Below, one piece after another: positions 56,333-64,000 of a stretch of 64,000 bases of DNA. This DNA comes from an uncultured Gemmataceae bacterium (GTDB lineage Bacteria; Planctomycetota; Planctomycetia; Gemmatales; Gemmataceae), in assembly GCA_963750165.1 (NCBI GenBank), contig CAVVPN010000003.1, positions 2,272,001-2,336,000 of the forward strand, read 5' to 3'. The translations under genes and the position numbers were made by a program. Below the pieces are notes generated by a model. The model worked only from the letters and a program-made list of their open reading frames with translations. It searched no databases and was not told where the DNA came from. Within the stretch, counting starts at the first letter, position 1. Each line of letters begins with the position of its first letter.

Positions 56333-59300
56333 CTAGGTGGTGGGGAGGGCCGGCTCCGGCACCTGGTTGCGGCGGAACGCCTCGGCCAGCGCCGCGTCCT
56401 GGACGCATTCGTAACCGTGGATGCGAGCCACTGGACTACCAGCACCGTCCACAAAATCGATGTCCGCCAGGGCGCGGTGCGGCTGCTGCTGCGTCACACG
56501 GGCCACGACGCGAACACCGCTGCGCGGGAACGTGCGGCGATACTGGCGGTACTCACCAATGAAGCACGGCAAGGACGGGACGCCGTGCGTCGCCCGACTC
56601 CAGAGGATCAGCAGCTGGAAGGCGCTGTCCAGTGCCAGCGGGTTCGCCAGCCAGTGCGGCCGCAGCGGTTGCCGAATCCAGCCGGCCGGGCTGGGGCCGG
56701 TCGCGACGTGGCCGACGATCCCTTCCGGCGAACAGCCCTCCACCAGCTCGACGCCCTGCAGGTCGGGGCCGTGAAACAGCAGGGCCGGATACAGGTCGCC
56801 AGGGCCGTGTGGGTAGGGCCGGGTCGTCACGCTCAACAGGCCAGCGCGGGCGGCGGGCAGCTGCGGGGCCAGCACCAGCTCGGCCCGAGCGTGCAGCACG
56901 TCGCGGCCGTGGGCGTCGGTGCCGCGCAGCTCCGTGGACACCAGCGTCAGGCTGTCGCGCTGCGTGGCGGGACCGGCCAGCACACGCACCAGCGGCGGAC
57001 GCTCTGGCTTCACCTTGACGCCCTTGAGGACGCGCAGTTCATTGAACCCGTGGAACACCAAACCCGGTTGGCCGTGCAGCGCCGCGTGCGCCAGCCACTC
57101 GACCATCAGCGCCACCGGCACGACGGCGCGGTGGTCGAGCACGTGCGACCGCAGCACCGGGAACTGTTCCAGCGTCAGCTGCCGCTCGAATACGGGCGTG
57201 AGCGCTGGCGGAGCCGGCGGGGCGGCGGCTGCCGACTGCGAGCCTGGCCCCAGCACCACGACCTCCACCGGGCCACCGGCCTGCCGCAGTTCGCGGACGA
57301 AATACACAGCGCCGGCACGCAGCGGGATGACGCCGACGCCCTCCGCGGCGAAGACGCGCTTCAGCGCTGGCGTGACCATGCCGCCGTCCCACGGCCCCCA
57401 GTTGAACGCCATAACGCGGCAGCCCGGCCGCAGCGCCGCCTGCTGCCACGCGGTCTTGTTCAGCACCTCGTTGGCGATGGCATAATCCACCTGCCCCGTC
57501 CGCCCGAAGCGGCCTGTGGACGACGAGAACAGCGCCAGGACGCGCAGGTCCGCCGGCAGCGCCACCAGCAGGTTTTGCAGCCCCTCGACCTTCGTGTCGT
57601 ACACCTGGCGGAATTGTTCCGCCGTTTTGTCCTCAATGCGGCGATCCGCGAGCACGCCGGCGCCGTGGACCAGGCCGCGCACCGGGCCGAGCGTGCGTGC
57701 GACCTCGGCCAGCGTCGCCCGCACCGCCGCGGCGTCGCGCACGTCCACCCGTCGGTACTCCGCCCGCACCCCGGCCTGGCGGATGCGCTGCAGCGTGCGG
57801 AGGGCATCGCGGTTGGCCAGCACGCACTGACAGCGCTCCTGCAATTCCTTCGGCGCCGCCTGGCCGCTCGCCTGGTCGAACAGCGCCCGCTTGATGTCGG
57901 CCTCGTCCGTCAAGCCCCGCAGCCAGTCGGGCTCGGCGGCCGGCGCCGGGCTGCGGCCCAGCAGCACCAGCGTCGCCGCGAACTCCTCGGCCAGCGCCAC
58001 CGCGACCTCCGCGGTCACGCCGCGGGCTCCCCCGCTGACGACCACCACGTCGCCGCGCGCTAGCGGTGCCGCTCCGCCGGACAGCGGCGTTTCCTGGAGT
58101 GCCAGGGTCCAACGGCCGCCGGGCGTCAGACCGACTTCCAGCGGACCAAACTGGAGCAGCTCATCGACCACCGCGAAGGCCGCCTCTTCCGCGTCGCTCC
58201 AGTCGGCGGCCACGTCCAGCGCCTTGCACTGGACCTCGGGCCATTCGTGGTGCGCGGTCTTGACCAGGCCAGCCAGGCCGCCAGCCGTGGGATCGCCCTG
58301 CCAGCGCCCGGACAGGCCGAACACCCCGTCCAGCCGCGCGACGCTCGCCAGCACGGCGCCGCCCGCTTTGCCGCCCTGCCGCAGGGCGCCGGCGGTGCGC
58401 TGCACCAGGGATAGGGCGTCCCACAACCCGCGTGCTTCCAGTGGCTCGCCCGGCGCCAGCAGCACCAGGCCGGCCAGCGCCGCCGGCACGACCGCCGCGC
58501 CCCACTCAGCGCGGTCCAGCAAGCGCGGCCGGAAGCCGAGCGCGCCCAGCCGCTGCACGACCTGCGCCGCCAGGGCGGTGCCGTCGTCGGTGACCCAGAT
58601 TTCGCCGTCCGCCTCCAGGCGCAGATCGGAGCGGCGCTGCTGCTCGTCCAGTGGCACGCGGCCCAGCACCCAGCGCTGCACCGGCTCTTCGGTCGGCTCG
58701 GGGACGGCGGCCTCTTGCCGTGGGGCAGGCTGGAAAGCCTGCCCCACGAGGAAGTCGGCGACCTGGCGGAGCGTGCGCAGCGTGCCGAGATGCTCAGCCT
58801 TGACCGGCGGGGCCTCCGGCAGCCGCTCCTGCAGGGCGGTGAAAATCTCCACGCGCTTGATCGAGTCAATGCCCAGATCCGCGTCCAGCTCCAGGTCCAG
58901 CTCCAGCGCCTCCGCCGGATAGCCCGTCTTCTCCGAGACTACTTCTCGCAACACCTGTGCGGTCTCGCCGTCCGGTCGTGGGGCAGACATTCCTGTCTGC
59001 CGGTCTTCGGCAGACAGGAATGTCTGCCCCACGTTGGGGTTGGCAGGCTGGAAAGCCTGCCCCACGAGGAAGTCGGCGACCTGGCGGAGCGTGCGCAGCG
59101 TGCCGAGATGCTCGGCCTTGACCGGCGGGGCCTCCGGCAGCCGCTCCTGCAGGGCGGTGAAAATCTCCACGCGCTTGATCGAGTCAATGCCCAGATCCGC
59201 GTCCAGCTCCAGGTCCAGCTCCAGCGCCTCCGCCGGATAGCCCGTCTTCTCCGACACCACCGCCCGCAGCACCGCGGTGTGGCGGTCGGAATTCACTGGC

Positions 59301-62300
59301 GGCGCGACCGGCGCCGGCGGCTGCGGCACCGGGGCCGAGACGGGAACCTGAACGGCGTGGACAGGCGGCGCGTAATGCTGGCCGTTGGTTGCGGGCGCCG
59401 GCAGTGCCGGGATCAGCGGGGGCAGCGGGGCACCGCCGACGTGCAGGTGCAGCAGGCGCTGCTGTTGCTCCAGCAACCCCTGGAACACCTGTAGCGTGCG
59501 GTCCTGGCCGTCGAGGAACTGGCGGTGCAACTGGGCGGTCTGTTCGCCCAGGCGCTGCAGCGCCAGCAAATTTTCCTGCGTGATTCGCAGGGCGTCGCCC
59601 AGTGCGCCAGGGGGGCGGCCGCCGGCACCGGTGCCGGCGGGGACGGAACGTGCTGACCGTTGCCGGGGGCGGGCGGCACCGGGGTCGATTTGGGCTGCTT
59701 CGGCGTCACGTAGTTGGCTCCGCAAATCGGCACCGTCAGCGCCGGCTTCTTTTCGGGCCGGGCCGACTCCGTTTCCTCCCGTTCGTTCCAGCGCGACAGC
59801 CGCACCGGCTGCCCGGCCACGGCCAGTTGCGCCAGCGCCCGGGCCAGGTCGGCCATCCCGCTGCGCTGGCCGGCGGAGGCGTCCACGGCCAGCGCCTCGT
59901 GTTCGCGGCCGGCGAGGATCGCGCCGACCAGGCCGGTCAACTTGTTGCCAGGGCCGACTTCCAAAAACGTCCGCACGCCGGCGTGGTACAGGTTCTCGAT
60001 TTCCTCGACGAACGCCACCGGCTCCGCCAGCTGGCCGGCCAGCAGCCGCCGCGCCGCCGCCGCGTCCACCGGGTACGGCTGCGCGGTGGTGTTGGCGAAC
60101 ACCGGCGCGGTCGCGGGCCGGAACTCGACCGCTTCCAGGGCGGCGGCGAAGGGCTGGCGCACGCCGGCGACCAGCGGGCTGTGGAACGCGGCCGATACCG
60201 CCAGTCGGCGGCACGTCAGGCCCTGCTGTGCGAAGGCCGCCGCGGCCCGGTCGATCTCGGCGGCGCGGCCGGACAGCACGGACTGGTTCGGGGCGTTGCG
60301 GTTGGCAATCGTCAGGTCCAGGCACTCCGCCCGCACAACCGCTTCGATGCGGCCCAGCGGCGCGGTCACGGCCAGCATGGCGCCGCCATCCCCGGCGACC
60401 TCCGCCATCAGCCGGCCGCGCAGCCGCGACAGCCGGTGCAGGTCGGCAGCGGTGATGCAACCGGCGGCGCACAGGGCCACCAGCTCGCCGTAGCTGTGAC
60501 CGGCGAACGCGGCCGGTTGCAGGCCGAACAGCTCCAGCACCCGCAGGGCCGCGAGACCGACAGCGCCAGGGCGGGCTGGGCCACGTCGGTGGCGCGCAAC
60601 CTGGCGGCGTCCTGGTCGCGGTCCTCGTCGCGGAAGGCGGGTGGCGGGTAGATGCGGTCGCTGAGTCGGCCAGCGTCGAACCCGGCGTCCGCCTCGGCGA
60701 GCACCTGCTGCGCCTGCGGAAAGCGACACGCCAGATCGCGGAGCATGCCGATATATTGCGATCCCTGGCCCGGGAACAGCAGCGCCAGCGTGCCGGCCGT
60801 GGCGCCGGCGCCGTAGTAAATGCCTTCGGGACTACGCGCGCACTGCGCCTGCAGCGCGCCAGCAGCCGCGGTACGGCGAAGCGCTCGCGCTCCAGCACCA
60901 GCACCAGCCGGTGCGCCGCGCCGGCGCGAACTCGGCTCGCGTCCTGGCCGCCGCCCGGCACAACTCGTCCCAGGGCCGATCCACGCTCAGCCAGGTTTCG
61001 GCGGCGGCGAACACGGCGGCGCGGTCGTCCGCGGCGAACGCGGCAATCTGCACGTTATCGTCCCAGTCAATTTCCGGCTTTTCGGAGCGGTATTCTTCGA
61101 GGACGCAGTGAAAATTGCTGCCGCCGAAGCCGAACGCGCTGACCGCCGCGCGGCGCGGGTGTCCGGGCGCGGCAGCCAGGGCCGCTTGACCGTGTTGACG
61201 TAGAACGGCAGCCGTCGCGTCGCCAGGTCGCCGGCCGGTTGCGTCACCTTGATGGTCGGCGGCAGCACCTTGTGATGCAGTGCCAGTGCCGCCTTGATGA
61301 GCCCGGCGGCCCCGGCGGCGGCCTTGGTGTGGCCGATCTGCGACTTCACCGATCCCAAAGCGCACCAGGAACCGCCCTCGCTGGCGCTTTGCGCTGGTGG
61401 GACGGCGCTCGCATACACTTCCGTCAGCGCCGCCAACTCCGCGGCGTCGCCGGCGCGGGTGCCGGTGCCGTGCGCCTCAACCAGTTCAATCGTGTCCGGC
61501 GTCACACCCGCCAGCCGGTACGCCTGTCGCAGCGCCTGCACCTGGCCGGCCGGACTCGGGGCGTAGATGGCGTGGCCCTTGCCGTCGCTGCTCGTGCCGA
61601 CGCCGCGGATCACCGCGTAAATGCGGTCGCCATCGCGCTCCGCGTCCGCCAGCCGCTTCAACACCACACAGCCCAGCCCCTCGCCCAGGATGGTGCCGTC
61701 GGCGCCGGTGTCGAACGGCCGCGCGTCGCCGGTCGGCGACAGCGCCGGCGTCTTGCTGAAACACATGTACATGAAAATATCATTGAACGTGTCCATGCCG
61801 CCCGACAGCGCCAGGTCGCAGCGGCCCGCGGCCAGTTCCAGCAGCGCCAGGTGCAACGCGCTCAGCGAACTGGCGCAGGCCGCGTCCACGACGCAGTTGG
61901 TGCCGCCCAGGTCCAGGCGGTTGGCGATGCGGCCCGCGACCACGTTGCCCAGCAGGCCCGGAAACGAGTCCTCCTGCCAGCCGACGTAGGAGTCGGCGAT
62001 GCGCCGCACCACCTCCTCCGCCACGTCCGGGGCCACGCCCGCCGCGCGCAGCGCCTGCCGCCACTTCGGGTGGCCGAGCCGGGCGCCGAGCGGAATCACC
62101 AGCTCCAGTGTGCCGGTGACGCCGAGGATGACGCTGACGCGCTTGCGGTCGAAGTCGCGGCCGGGGCCATAGCCCGCATCCGCCAGCGCCTGCCGGGCCG
62201 CCAGCAGGCCGAGCAGCTGCGTCGTGTCGGTCGCCTCCAGCGCGTTGGGGGTGATGCCGAAGTCCAGCGGCGGGAAGTCCACCGGGCCCAGAAAGCCGCC

Positions 62301-62546
62301 GCGGTGCGCGTAGGTGTGGTCGGGGGTTTTCGGGTCGCGGTCGAAGTAGTCGTCGGGCCGCCAGTGCGTGGGCGGCACTTCGGTGATGGCGTCCACGCCG
62401 TTCTGCAGGTTGGCCCAGAAGCGGCGCAGGCTGTCGGCCTGCGGGAACAGGCAGCCGATGCCGATGACCGCGGCGGGACAGGCTTCCAGTGGACCGGAGA
62501 GGCCGGACAGGCTGGAAGCTGGTCCCACGGTTGGCGTCTCATTCAT
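56333..62546 (-). CDS. pfaA: PUFA synthase PfaA-type megasynthase KS-MAT-ACP-ACP-KR-DH (about 5 frameshifts between 59600 and 61170)
   Basis: KS DAACASS/HGTGT/QIGH; AT FPGQGSQ/GHSYG/AFHS; two LGIDSIKRVEI ACPs; KR GGARGVT/YAIANE; DH SHVL and LDSAFQ. Confidence 0.88.
58724..59254 (-). repeat. Tandem ACP duplication (58724-58936 and 59042-59254) with in-frame REP palindromes at 58719-58748 and 58977-59066
   Basis: 213-bp copies, one mismatch seen, offset 318 bp. Confidence 0.9.
62473..62528. repeat. Degenerate GGGACAGGCTTCCAG palindrome in frame at the pfaA N-terminus
   Basis: Encodes VGPASSLSGLSGPLEACPA. Confidence 0.7.
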
Positions 62547-62814
62547 CTGATCGCAGCGTCCTGGGTTGCGTCAACGTGGGTGTGTCCACCCCGGCGGGCC
62601 TGGCGCACGGGTTGTGGGGCTGGCGGCGCCCATCTCATCACGATACAAACGGCCGGCGGATTGTCCAGAACAAAGTGCTTTGTGCGGCAAAGGTTACGAA
62701 AGGTGCGCACGGCCGGCCCATTTTCTTCCGAACTAACGGGCTGCTCCTGGTTCATTGCGGGGATTGTTCTCCGCTTCGGGAAAGGTTAGCATGAGGGGGA
62801 GAAGGAGGAAGAAC

Positions 62815-63129
62815 ATGATCCTCAACACCGCCGACCAACTCAGTCTGGAGCAAGAGTTCCGGACCCTGGCCCAGCAATGGAAAGAGGCCTGTGGGTTGTT
62901 GTCTTCCACCACGGCGATGGTTTCGCACCCCGCCTATCAGGCCATCATTGCGTTGGGCCAACCCGCCGTGCCGCTGCTCCTGGCGGAGTTGGCCAGGGAA
63001 CCCGTCCACTGGTTTGAAGCGCTCAAGGCCATCACGGGGGAAGACCCGGTCGCGCCGCGGGACTGGGGCAACATCCCGGCCATGGCCGCCGCCTGGGTGG
63101 CCTGGGGCCGGAGCCGCCACCTGGTTTAG
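62815..63129 (+). CDS. Small helical hypothetical protein (HPAYQ.II..G..AVPLLL)
   Basis: AAGGAGG RBS; 104 aa; coupled to the next gene. Confidence 0.75.
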   Translation: MILNTADQLSLEQEFRTLAQQWKEACGLLSSTTAMVSHPAYQAIIALGQPAVPLLLAELAREPVHWFEALKAITGEDPVAPRDWGNIPAMAAAWVAWGRSRHLV

Positions 63130-63139
63130 GGGGCACCGC

Positions 63140-63581
63140 ATGTCCACCCCCTTACACGAGGCCGCGCGGGCCGCCTTGCCGAACCTGACCGCGGACAATT
63201 ACCGGATCACCAGCCCCACAAGCTGGGAATACAACTGCATTGCCTGGGCGGTCGGCATCACCACGGCCTGGTGGTGGCCGGTGCCGGGCCGGTTCTGGCC
63301 ACCTGGGGTGCCGCGAAGAAACCCTGGAAGCGTTCCTGGCTGCCTTCGCCACACAGGGCTTCTCCCACTGCGCGACGGCAGACAGGGAGCCGGGTTTGGA
63401 GAAGATTGCGCTTTACGCCCAGGGAACCGTTCCCACTCACGGGGCGCGACAACTTGCTGACGGTTGGTGGACCAGCAAATTGGGGCCAAGCATCGACATC
63501 GAACACGCCGACTTGGGGGGTGTGGCGGGGGGCGTCTACGGAGAGCCAGTAGCATACTTGTGCCGGGAGTCCGCCACCTGA
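63140..63581 (+). CDS. Small Cys/His hypothetical protein (YNCIAWA...THGARQ...WTSKLG), DUF7689-like (frameshift near 63313)
   Basis: N-half in ORF 62891-63460 and C-half in ORF 63240-63581; family name recalled, not searched. Confidence 0.65.
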
Positions 63582-63771
63582 GCAACGCTGGGAACGTGGC
63601 TGCCGAGCATCGCCCCACTGGCGGCGCGGAGGAACTCCGGCCATCCTTCGCGCGGTACGCGGGCGGCCATCCTGTTGGGTTTTCCGGACAGGATACGCGC
63701 GGCGCGGTTGCTGATGTGGGTGAACCGCAGCGCGGACACCGTGTCAGTAAAATGACTGAAAGGAGGTCACA

Positions 63772-64000
63772 ATGAAGCCATGTTCCCTGTGCGGGCAACC
63801 AATCCTCGACAATCCCTCCGACCCTCTTGACCGTGAGACGGATGAGCACGTACCTGCCAAGCAGTTCTACCCTCACCAGCTCCGCTCTCAAATCCGCAAG
63901 CAATTGTGGAAGGTTCCGTCTCATGAGCGGTGCAACGCCAGCTACAAACCGGACGAGGAGTATTTTTACCATCGCCTTGCTGGCCTGGTGGGCGTCCAAA
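63772..64000 (+). CDS. HNH endonuclease-like protein, truncated by the window edge
   Basis: AGGAGG RBS; manual translation MKPCSLCG...TDEHVPAKQF...VPSHERCNASY. Confidence 0.65.
   Translation, partial: MKPCSLCGQPILDNPSDPLDRETDEHVPAKQFYPHQLRSQIRKQLWKVPSHERCNASYKPDEEYFYHRLAGLVGVQ

Noticed and set aside
53401..56413. Classical integron or prophage
   Set aside because: No integrase, attC-type GTT/AAC core sites or phage genes were recognised.
59600..61170. Programmed frameshifting or true pseudogenisation of pfaA
   Set aside because: No consistent slippery motif, and similar indels hit unrelated genes across the window.

Overview
High-GC bacterial chromosome segment, most likely Planctomycetota (Gemmataceae-like). 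The inference rests on DUF1549/DUF1553 and DUF1501 genes, a PVC-type CxxCH heme protein, DUF1080 and a zinc-ribbon membrane protein. Housekeeping content includes an M16 peptidase pair, leuS, an ECF sigma/anti-sigma triad, a pstSCA-phoR-pstB-phoU-phoB operon with two matching Pho-box-like sites, tpx, a C-N hydrolase, an HK/NtrC pair, gap, mdh, lnt and moeA. The right third is a minus-strand pfaA - pfaB/C - oleA - oleB - oleC cluster (iterative PUFA synthase plus olefin enzymes). Between pfaA and pfaB/C lies a small cargo array: a BrnT/BrnA-like TA pair with a deleted toxin, a shared ~27-bp motif, an 81-bp second copy of the pfaA 3' end, a PD-(D/E)xK-like nuclease gene split by an IS701-family element with a 4-bp TSD, and the same motif again. 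About ten palindromic REP-like repeat families occupy intergenic gaps. One family is also translated in frame inside the PKS linkers and borders a near-identical ACP duplication. Many genes carry single-base frameshifts, probably sequencing/assembly indels. No tRNA, rRNA or CRISPR was seen. All family calls come from motif recognition by eye, not database searches.
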